Source: Spirochaetales bacterium
GTDB taxonomy: Bacteria > Spirochaetota > Spirochaetia > JABMQR01
NCBI GenBank assembly: GCA_023139255.1
Contig: JAGLNY010000125.1
Coordinates: forward strand, 1-33,795
Direction of reading: 5' to 3'
DNA: 33,795 bases
The notes below the pieces were generated by a model, which had not been told where the DNA came from, did not search any database, and worked only from the letters and a program-made list of their open reading frames with translations. How positions within the stretch are numbered: the stretch's first letter is position 1; each line of letters opens with the position of its first letter. Shown here piece after piece: positions 1-7,425 of the stretch. The position numbers and the translations under genes were made by a program.

Positions 1-413
1 TCCGGATCTACCTTGCTTCTTAATATTTTTTTCATTCTCAGTTGCTTTTTTTCTTTAAGGCGGCGCTCCTTTGCTGCTTTGTTGGGTGATGAAGGTTTTC
101 TCTGTTTAGGTATTGCTGCAGCCTTTTCTATTTCACTTACCATTCTGGATACAGCTATTTCCCGGTTTCGGTGCTGGGACCTGGTATCCTCAACAGAAAC
201 TTGCAGGTATTTACTACTGATAAGGAATTTTTTATGATAGGTCAGAAGTCGTTCCAGTTCTTCCGGGGATAAGCCGCATAAGTGGTCGATAGAAATAGTG
301 AGACGGACACGGGTACTAACTTTGTTGACATGCTGTCCTCCCGGACCGCTTGAACGGGAAAATGCAATATCGCAATTAGTCCTGATACTTTCTTCCAGAG
401 CTTCTCTGTTCAT
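1..413 (-). CDS. arfB: Alternative ribosome-rescue factor ArfB / peptidyl-tRNA hydrolase (GGQ domain protein); 3' end runs off the window
   Basis: Not in the supplied ORF track. The reverse-strand frame from ATG (complement of 411-413) stays open to base 3: 137 codons, every triplet checked for stops. Translation is MNREALEESIRTNCDIAFSRSSGPGGQHVNKVSTRVRL...TRSQHRNREIAV..., ending in a Lys/Arg-rich tail. The GGQ motif plus basic C-tail is typical of ArfB/YaeJ (about 140 aa). Confidence 0.85.
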   Translation of the reverse strand, partial: MNREALEESIRTNCDIAFSRSSGPGGQHVNKVSTRVRLTISIDHLCGLSPEELERLLTYHKKFLISSKYLQVSVEDTRSQHRNREIAVSRMVSEIEKAAAIPKQRKPSSPNKAAKERRLKEKKQLRMKKILRSKVDP

Positions 414-484
414 GTAACGCCTCACTCGCTTATGTTGTGTTTATGAGCATTTATCTTCTTAATAAGTTCAGTATTTTTTTTCAT

Positions 485-817
485 CTATTGCTCCTGCTCT
501 GTCTTGTTCATGAGGATCGTGCCGTTGTGAACCATTTCCTGAAGTCGTTTTATTTCATGTTCTGCAAGAGAAACTCCGGATTGGGTGATTTCATACAGTT
601 TTTTCTTTCGGTTATCTGTTCCCTCTTTGTTGGTAATTAACCCTGAAGAGTGTAAATTTGATAATGCCCCATATAGTGTCCCCGAGGCAAGTTTAACCCG
701 TCCAGAGCTTAAGTCGTCCACTTTTTTCATAACCCCGTACCCATGCAGGGGAGTTATAAGTGAGATGAGTATGTAAAAACTTGCTTCAGTCAAGGGGGAG
801 AATTTTTCCGGGTTCAT
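485..817 (-). CDS. PadR-family winged-helix transcriptional regulator
   Basis: ORF 485..832(-). SFYILISLITPLHGYGVMKKV...GTLYGALSNLHSSGLI...KKLYEITQSG fits the PadR wHTH pattern. The track start at 832 is TTG. The ATG at 817 (MNPEKF...) has GGAG about 9 nt upstream and is the more likely start. Confidence 0.85.
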   Translation of the reverse strand: MNPEKFSPLTEASFYILISLITPLHGYGVMKKVDDLSSGRVKLASGTLYGALSNLHSSGLITNKEGTDNRKKKLYEITQSGVSLAEHEIKRLQEMVHNGTILMNKTEQEQ

Positions 818-841
818 ACATGAACACTCCAATGTATAGAT

Positions 842-883
842 TTACGATATGTTGTGTAACGATGCAACGTGTTACGATATAAT
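842..883. promoter_or_regulatory. Three phased TWACGAT repeats (842, 857, 872; 15-bp period) plus a GTAAC-N10-GTTAC dyad (856-875), abutting a TATAAT hexamer (878-883) in the padR/MFS divergent intergenic region
   Basis: Read directly: tTTACGATatgttgtgTAACGATgcaacgtgTTACGATATAAT. This is a candidate PadR operator or promoter. I found no convincing -35 element. Confidence 0.3.
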
Positions 884-958
884 AGAACATGACTGCTTAT
901 TTGTCAATATACGTATGTATATAATTTTAATTTAAGCTAATGACAATTACATAATTAC

Positions 959-2158
959 ATGATACACAGTTTAGCAATGATACCTAATAAAACCAAATAT
1001 ATATTCAGTCTGTTTATGTTCTACGCTATGTACGCAATTGTTGTGCCTTATTTTCAGATATTTCTTTACGGAAAAGGGCTTTCCCACTCTGTTACCGGTA
1101 CAATCATCGGGGTTTGGGAAGTTGCAGGAATAGCCGGTCCGCTGTTGTTAGGGGCAATTGTCGATAGGACTGGTAAATTCCGGACAGTATTACTGCTATG
1201 CACCTTAGTTGGTTCAGTTATTCTATTCGTGATGCTAAAGACACAGTTGCTTTTTTTATTATTTCTTTTTACAGCGTTATTCGGGTTTCTGTTCAAACCA
1301 ATTCTGCCATTAAATGATTCAATGATCAGTCACAATCTCCCAGACCCTGAGCATGATTATGGGCATGTTCGGGCTGCAGGGAGCATAGGCTTTGTTGCAG
1401 TAATGATTTTTATTACGATAACAGGAGTTTTTAACTCACCGACACCTACTATGATTGCCTGGGGAACACTCTTTTTGGGTGCAGCCTATGCGGTATCTAT
1501 TTTCTTTCTCCCGTCTGCAGCTCCAGTTGTACAGGCTGACAGGAAAGGCAGGGGTTGGATAAATAAAAAGAATTCTGAGGGAAAAACAATAACAACCCAG
1601 TATATTATCATGATAGTCGTGGTTTTTCTCGGACGATTTGGTTTCAGCAGTTATTACTCTTTTTTCTCTATCTTTCTTCAGGAGGAGATGCATGTTGCCA
1701 ATATAGGTCTCTTTTGGTTAATAGCTACTTCTGCCGAGATATTTCCCATTATGTTTGCCGGCAGGATCATACGTGGTACCGGAAGGTTTCTTGCCATAGT
1801 GCTTGGGGTGGGAGCTATGGCTGTACGGATTTTCGTATTTAGTTCTACTGATTCACTCATAGTTATTGGATTTATCCAACTACTGCACGGTTTAACGTTC
1901 GGGGTCCTTCATGCCGCATGCATCAGTTTTATCAATGCAAAAATTGCGCCTGAAAATAAAACTCTCGCAATTAGTATATATATGTCTGTTGGCTGGGGAT
2001 TGGCAGCTATTTTAGGAAGTCCCCTTGGTGGTCTTCTGATAGAAAGCGTAGGATTCTCCCGTATGTTCAGGATTATGGCAATCTTTCCCGTATTAGGGGT
2101 TTTACTTTTGGCCGGGTATAGGTTGCTATCACAGCGCAAAGGATCAGATGCATTTTAG
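959..2158 (+). CDS. MFS transporter (12-TM, MFS_1_like / nucleoside- or phenylpropionate-permease-like)
   Basis: A 399-aa hydrophobic ORF with about 12 predicted helices. It has an MFS-type loop 2-3 motif (GAIVDRTGKFR) and is divergent from padR. The start could also be the ATG at 977. There is no obvious SD. Confidence 0.85.
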   Translation: MIHSLAMIPNKTKYIFSLFMFYAMYAIVVPYFQIFLYGKGLSHSVTGTIIGVWEVAGIAGPLLLGAIVDRTGKFRTVLLLCTLVGSVILFVMLKTQLLFLLFLFTALFGFLFKPILPLNDSMISHNLPDPEHDYGHVRAAGSIGFVAVMIFITITGVFNSPTPTMIAWGTLFLGAAYAVSIFFLPSAAPVVQADRKGRGWINKKNSEGKTITTQYIIMIVVVFLGRFGFSSYYSFFSIFLQEEMHVANIGLFWLIATSAEIFPIMFAGRIIRGTGRFLAIVLGVGAMAVRIFVFSSTDSLIVIGFIQLLHGLTFGVLHAACISFINAKIAPENKTLAISIYMSVGWGLAAILGSPLGGLLIESVGFSRMFRIMAIFPVLGVLLLAGYRLLSQRKGSDAF

Positions 2159-2289
2159 ACTTAAGGGAATCGTTTGATATATACATGACAGTAGGGCAGG
2201 GATCCATTTTGCTGATATTAATTGGTTTATCTCACCTGATTTTTCCCTAAAATTTTTTACAAAAATATCAAAATTAATAAAAAAAACGA

Positions 2290-2318
2290 TTGACAGTAAT
2301 TACAAACCGTGTTTGAAT
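2290..2318 (+). promoter_or_regulatory. Candidate sigma70 promoter for the leader/ABC exporter operon
   Basis: TTGACA (2290-2295), a 17-nt spacer, then TTGAAT (2313-2318) preceded by a TGT extended -10. An A/T-rich UP-like tract lies upstream (2250-2288). Confidence 0.4.
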
Positions 2319-2359
2319 AGATACAGCAATTTCGCTAAAGACTCAGGGGAGGATTTTTT

Positions 2360-2425
2360 ATGAACATTATTATTATGAATTTTTCAACTGAAGTTAGGGG
2401 ATTGCTGTGTACTGAACCTGTCTAG
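2360..2425 (+). CDS. Candidate 21-aa leader peptide (MNIIIMNFSTEVRGLLCTEPV) upstream of the ABC exporter genes
   Basis: ATG at 2360 is preceded by GGGGAGGA with 7-nt spacing. Stop TAG is at 2423-2425. It is too short for the ORF track. It lies between the candidate promoter and the exporter start. Confidence 0.35.
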   Translation: MNIIIMNFSTEVRGLLCTEPV

Positions 2426-2467
2426 TGACTGAAATCATACACAATTTAATATCCCGCTTTAGATAAA

Positions 2468-2479
2468 CCCCGTGAGGGG
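2468..2479 (+). promoter_or_regulatory. Small hairpin CCCC-gtga-GGGG that would sequester the SD of the first ABC gene
   Basis: CCCC at 2468-2471 can pair with GGGG at 2476-2479. That GGGG is the core of SD GAGGGGA, 5 nt before ATG 2486. A second GGGG at 2396-2399, inside the leader ORF, could compete for the same CCCC. Confidence 0.3.
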
Positions 2480-2485
2480 ATAAGA

Positions 2486-4384
2486 ATGTCGGTTTCTGCA
2501 TGTGCAGGAATGGAATTAACGGCAAAAGATTGTCATTTGCCGTCAGCAAATAGAATTGGAATTATGAAAACAACAAAAGAAAGTAAAACATATACAAATA
2601 AAGCCAGTGTCTGGAAATGGATGAAAGGTTCAAGGATTCTCTATTTTTTTGGAATTATCTCTATTGGACTCTCTACACTTATCATGATGGCCAGACCGCT
2701 AATTCTCACTTATTCACTTGACACTACCCTTGGTGGAATGGAATCAACGCTCCCGGAATGGTTTACCTGGATCCTTTCCCGGCAATCCGGCAGCGGCAGA
2801 AATATTGAGCTTCTCTGGAATGCATCGGTATTTCTTCTGCTGACAATTGCAGGCGGTTATTTTATGTACTTAAAGGGAATATTAACGGCCAGGGCTTCTG
2901 AGAAAACGGCAATGAAAATGCGGAACCAACTGTATGAGCATCTGCAGAGCAAAACGTATGAGTATCATGTAAAAGTAGAGTCCGGTGATATAATGCAGCG
3001 CTGCACCTCTGATGTGGAGACCGTCAGGGTATTCTTTGCAGGACAATTGACAGAGATTGGGCGGGCATTTTTTATCCTGGCTATCGCATCTTTTATTATG
3101 GTTGAACTGAATGTAAAAATGATGTTCATAGCTATAGCACTTATGCCTTTAATCTTCCTGTTTTCATTCTACTTTTTTAAAAAAGTGAGGAAAAAATTCA
3201 AGGAAGTGGATGAGGCTGAAGGAGCCCTGTCAAATGTTATACAGGAAAACCTGACAGGAATTCGTGTGGTACGTGCTTTTGCTCGGCAGGATTTTGAGAT
3301 AGATAAATATGAGAAGAAAAATGGTGCATTCAGGGATCGAATTTATGAGCTTCTCAGAATTGTTGCCTCATTTTGGGCTATCTCCGACTGGATATGTCTT
3401 ATGCAGATTTCCCTCGTAATTGTTATTGGAGGATATTGGGCTGCATCCGGAACTATTACACTCGGCATGTACATTGCCTTTATAGCTTATGTGGAGCGTC
3501 TTTTGTGGCCGATTCGACAGATGGGGCGAATCCTGACTGATATGGGAAAAATGTTTGTGGCCAGGGATCGTATAGGTAAAGTCCTGCAGGAGGACGATAA
3601 TGAATTTGCACAGGAGGAAGGCCTTGAACCAGCGATAAGCGGAGGAATAGAGTTCAGGAATGTGTCATTTTCCTATGACAAGCATCACCCGATACTGAGT
3701 AATATCAGCTTTACGGTTAAACCTGGAGAAACTGTAGCTATCCTTGGACCTACCGGATCCGGAAAGTCAACTCTTATTCATCTGTTAGCCCGTTTATATG
3801 AACCTACAGAAGGAGAGATTTTTATCGATGGAATTCCTATAAAGGATATTAAAAAGAAGTATCTTCGGGATCATGTCGGCATAGTACTTCAGGAGCCTTT
3901 CCTCTTTAATAAATCTGTAAAAGATAATATTTCCCTTGCCCGTAAAAAGGCAAGCGAAAAGGAGATATTTGAGACCGCAGCGACTGCGGCAGTTCATTCC
4001 GTAATAATGAAGTTTGATAAAAAATATGATACTGAAGTAGGCGAGGGCGGGGTTACCCTGTCAGGCGGGCAAAAACAGAGGATCGCAATTGCGCGGATAC
4101 TTATTAAAAATCCGCCGGTATTGGTTTTTGATGATTCACTTAGTGCGGTTGATACAATAACTGATGAATCAATAAGAAGGGAGCTGAAAAAGCGTGAAAG
4201 GAAATCAACAACATTCATTATATCGCACAGAATTACAACTCTTTCTGAGGCTGATAAAATTATTGTTCTTGAGGACGGTTCAATCTCTGCAGTCGGTTCG
4301 CATAAAGATCTAATAAGCAGGGATGGATTATACCAGCGAATCTGGAATATTCAATCTGCTGTTTCGGTGGAGGCGGGAAAATGA
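2486..4384 (+). CDS. ABC exporter, fused permease/ATPase, subunit 1 of a heterodimer (MdlA/BmrC/TM287-like; degenerate Walker B)
   Basis: 632 aa with a six-helix TMD followed by an NBD. Motifs: Walker A GPTGSGKST, canonical signature LSGGQKQR, Walker B VLVFDDS (Asp where the catalytic Glu is expected), H-loop ISHR. A strong SD precedes 2486. An alternative ATG at 2564 (MKTTKESK) has only a weak SD. Confidence 0.9.
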   Translation: MSVSACAGMELTAKDCHLPSANRIGIMKTTKESKTYTNKASVWKWMKGSRILYFFGIISIGLSTLIMMARPLILTYSLDTTLGGMESTLPEWFTWILSRQSGSGRNIELLWNASVFLLLTIAGGYFMYLKGILTARASEKTAMKMRNQLYEHLQSKTYEYHVKVESGDIMQRCTSDVETVRVFFAGQLTEIGRAFFILAIASFIMVELNVKMMFIAIALMPLIFLFSFYFFKKVRKKFKEVDEAEGALSNVIQENLTGIRVVRAFARQDFEIDKYEKKNGAFRDRIYELLRIVASFWAISDWICLMQISLVIVIGGYWAASGTITLGMYIAFIAYVERLLWPIRQMGRILTDMGKMFVARDRIGKVLQEDDNEFAQEEGLEPAISGGIEFRNVSFSYDKHHPILSNISFTVKPGETVAILGPTGSGKSTLIHLLARLYEPTEGEIFIDGIPIKDIKKKYLRDHVGIVLQEPFLFNKSVKDNISLARKKASEKEIFETAATAAVHSVIMKFDKKYDTEVGEGGVTLSGGQKQRIAIARILIKNPPVLVFDDSLSAVDTITDESIRRELKKRERKSTTFIISHRITTLSEADKIIVLEDGSISAVGSHKDLISRDGLYQRIWNIQSAVSVEAGK

Positions 4385-6183
4385 GTGAAAATTTGAAACA
4401 TCAGGAAGAAGATTTTATCGGGAAAAAAATTGAGTGGAAAATGTGGAAAAGCATTTTCGGCTATGCTGCCCGTGTTAAGAAACAGATTTATCTCTTAATT
4501 TCCATGTTAATGCTGCTGGCAGTAGTTGATGCTGCAATGCCATTATTAACCGGGTGGATAATTGATCATATAATTATACCGAATGATTTACAGGCCCTTC
4601 CGTGGTATACGGTTATTCTGGTAACGATATTCACCTTGCAGGCAATTTCCATATGGAAATTTATAGAATTGGCTGGAGTAATTGAATCGCGTATACGGTA
4701 TGAAATAGGGAAACATGCATTCGACAAAATTCAGAAATTGACATTCAGCTACTTTGATAAAACTCCCGTCGGCTGGCTGATGGCCCGAATGACATCAGAT
4801 ATCAGGAAGCTTGGTGAAATTCTCACCTGGGGTATGGTGGATATATCCTGGGGAGTTACCCTGATGCTGCTGCTGGCAGTTCTCATGGTAGTGAAAAACT
4901 GGCAGCTGGCACTTGTTGCTTTTGGTGTTATCCCGATTCTTGTGGTTATCAGTTATTTTTTTCAGCGTGTAATATTAAAGCGTTATAGAATTGTACGAAA
5001 TATAAACTCCCGGGTTACCGGAGGGTTTAATGAGGGAATCCGCGGAGCAAAAACAACAAAAACACTGGTAAGGGAAGAAGAAAACTTCCGTGAGTTTAGT
5101 CAGCTTACCGGTAAAATGAGTACGACCTCTATTAAAGCTGCCAGGATTTCCTCAATTTACCTGCCTTTTGTCTTGATTATGGGCAGCATAGGAACAGCTC
5201 TTGCGCTCTGGAGAGGCGGAGCAATTATAGCAACGGCCGGTATAACCTATGGGGATCTGGTGTTCTTTATAATTTGCACTACCCGGTTTTTTGACCCGGT
5301 TATTGAAGTATCACGGGTGATTGCACAATTCCAGTATGCCCAGGCCTCTGCTGAACGTATTCTTTCATTGATCGATACAGACCCTGATATTCACGATACC
5401 GGGATTCTGACGACACCAATCGAGGGGAATATTGAGTTTGATAATGTATCTTTCCAATATGTCGAAAATGAGGGTGTACTGAAAGACTTTTCGCTGAAAG
5501 TATCAGCAGGTGAGACAATTGCGTTGGTTGGTGAGACCGGATCGGGGAAAAGCACCATCGTTAATCTTATTTGCAGGTTTTATGAACCTGTAACCGGCAT
5601 CATCAGAATAGATAGAAAAGATTATAGGGATTACTCAATGGAATCTCTTCAATCGCAACTGGGGTATGTACTGCAGGCTCCTCATCTCTTCAGCGGTAAT
5701 ATCAGGGAAAATATTAGATATGGACGGCTGGACGCAACAGATGAAGAGGTGGAAAGAGTTGCTGAAATGGTTAATGCGCACCATTTTATCGGAAAACTTG
5801 AGGCTGGTTACGATACAGAGGTAGGTGAAGGCGGGGCTATGCTTTCGACCGGTGAAAAACAATTGATCTCTTTTGCACGCGCCCTGCTGGCACAGCCGGC
5901 AATTTTTGTACTGGATGAGGCTACTTCGTCAGTAGACACAGAAACGGAACTTCTTATTCAGCATGCTATTGAGACAGTACTTGAGAACCGAACCAGTTTT
6001 ATCATAGCACATCGTCTGTCAACCATCAGGAGTGCAGACAGGATACTAGTCCTGGATGAAGGGAAGGTTCTTGAATCCGGAACTCATACTGAGCTGATGG
6101 AGAAAAACGGTCATTACTGTAATCTATATACCAGGCAATTCAGGGAAGAACTTGAAGAGGATGTTCTTAAAATGGAATTATAG
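4381..6183 (+). CDS. ABC exporter, fused permease/ATPase, subunit 2 of a heterodimer (MdlB/BmrD/TM288-like)
   Basis: 600 aa, with an ATGA overlap onto the upstream gene. Motifs: Walker A GETGSGKST, deviant signature LSTGEKQ, canonical Walker B IFVLDEATS, H-loop IAHR. Confidence 0.9.
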   Translation: MSENLKHQEEDFIGKKIEWKMWKSIFGYAARVKKQIYLLISMLMLLAVVDAAMPLLTGWIIDHIIIPNDLQALPWYTVILVTIFTLQAISIWKFIELAGVIESRIRYEIGKHAFDKIQKLTFSYFDKTPVGWLMARMTSDIRKLGEILTWGMVDISWGVTLMLLLAVLMVVKNWQLALVAFGVIPILVVISYFFQRVILKRYRIVRNINSRVTGGFNEGIRGAKTTKTLVREEENFREFSQLTGKMSTTSIKAARISSIYLPFVLIMGSIGTALALWRGGAIIATAGITYGDLVFFIICTTRFFDPVIEVSRVIAQFQYAQASAERILSLIDTDPDIHDTGILTTPIEGNIEFDNVSFQYVENEGVLKDFSLKVSAGETIALVGETGSGKSTIVNLICRFYEPVTGIIRIDRKDYRDYSMESLQSQLGYVLQAPHLFSGNIRENIRYGRLDATDEEVERVAEMVNAHHFIGKLEAGYDTEVGEGGAMLSTGEKQLISFARALLAQPAIFVLDEATSSVDTETELLIQHAIETVLENRTSFIIAHRLSTIRSADRILVLDEGKVLESGTHTELMEKNGHYCNLYTRQFREELEEDVLKMEL

Positions 6184-7395
6184 TTTTCTACGGAGAATAT
6201 ACCCTTCCTGAACAGGTGAAGATGGTTTTATGAAGAATTCTTTACCATGATCAGCTTTTGTTACGGGCTGCTTTTGATCATCAAGAAGCGTGAAACTATC
6301 ATCTGTCCTATACAGGATATCCGGGCCGATATACTCAACAGGAGAATCGGTCTGGATTTGGTTTTTTACGATAAGTTTGTATATACCATCCCCGATATGT
6401 TCACCGACAGAGCCAAGAAAAAGGTGTGTCCGCAGATAACTCCGGTCTGTGGGTATCTGGATACTCTCTCTGTCAAAGAAAAATCCTGTGGAGAATTCAC
6501 GGTGGCTTACCGAATCAAGCTCTTTCCTGTAGTTTTCCCAGGATTGGGCGGGCAGTCCGTTTTTAAGGGCTTCAAGGGCTTTCTTATATGTTCGCGTTAT
6601 AACTGCCGTATAATATATCGATTTCATCCTGCCTTCAATTTTAAGGGCGTCGACCCCGGCATCACGTAATTCTTTCAAGTGATCAATCATACAGAGATCT
6701 TTGGATGAGAGGATGGTGGTAAAGTTGTCTCCTTCAATCAAAGGAAACAGTTCACCGGGACGCTCTTCTTCCTCCAGAGTGATTTCTCCGGGATTCTGAG
6801 CTATCCGGTATTTCCATCTGCAGGTATGGGCACAGTCACCTTTATTCGCGCTCCTGTTTGAAAGAAAACTGCTCAGGAAACACCGGCCCGAGTAGGCCAT
6901 GCACATGGCACCATGAACAAATACCTCAATTTCAAGATCCGGGAACCGGTTTTTAATTTCTGCGATATCTACCAGGTTTGTCTCTCTTGCGGGTATTATT
7001 CTGGAGAATCCGAGATCCCGGTATATTCCTGCCGATTCAGCATTGGTGCAATTTGCCTGTGTGCTGAGATGCAGTTCATGATCGGGGAAGTATTTCTTCA
7101 AAACGGGGAGAAGTCCTAAATCACTTATGATAAAGGCATCAAAGGGGTACTTGGTCAAATAATCTATCTGTGATTCAAGATTTTTCAGATCATCTTTGTG
7201 AAAATAGATATTCAATGCACCGTAAAGTTTTTTTTCACTTTTTATTTCCCGTATGCGTTTCCACTCATCTTCATGGAAGTTGTCAGCCCTGGCACGTAAA
7301 GAAAAATTCTTAATACCAATATATGCAGCATCTGCACCATACTCATAAGCATAATATAATTTTTCGAGATTTCCGGCTGGCGCTAATAGTTCCAT
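6178..7395 (-). CDS. Peptidase U32 family protein (collagenase-like / RNA-hydroxylation-associated family)
   Basis: 405 aa. MELLAPAGNLEKL..A..YGADAAYIG, ...E.FVHGAMCMAYSGRC.LS and ...ALKIEGRMK are characteristic U32 family blocks. Confidence 0.88.
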   Translation of the reverse strand: MELLAPAGNLEKLYYAYEYGADAAYIGIKNFSLRARADNFHEDEWKRIREIKSEKKLYGALNIYFHKDDLKNLESQIDYLTKYPFDAFIISDLGLLPVLKKYFPDHELHLSTQANCTNAESAGIYRDLGFSRIIPARETNLVDIAEIKNRFPDLEIEVFVHGAMCMAYSGRCFLSSFLSNRSANKGDCAHTCRWKYRIAQNPGEITLEEEERPGELFPLIEGDNFTTILSSKDLCMIDHLKELRDAGVDALKIEGRMKSIYYTAVITRTYKKALEALKNGLPAQSWENYRKELDSVSHREFSTGFFFDRESIQIPTDRSYLRTHLFLGSVGEHIGDGIYKLIVKNQIQTDSPVEYIGPDILYRTDDSFTLLDDQKQPVTKADHGKEFFIKPSSPVQEGYILRRKL

Positions 7396-7425
7396 GAATA
7401 AATTTTTCTTCCTTTCCCGTTTTCT

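Noticed and set aside
13-776. Plus-strand ORFs 13..237, 437..640 and 585..776.
   Set aside because: They lie antisense to the well-supported arfB and padR frames. Their sequences are low-complexity and Phe/Leu/Ser-rich, with no motifs and no RBS.
6247-6669. 140-aa plus-strand ORF inside the U32 peptidase gene.
   Set aside because: It is fully embedded antisense in a gene with clear family motifs. It has no recognisable domain or RBS.
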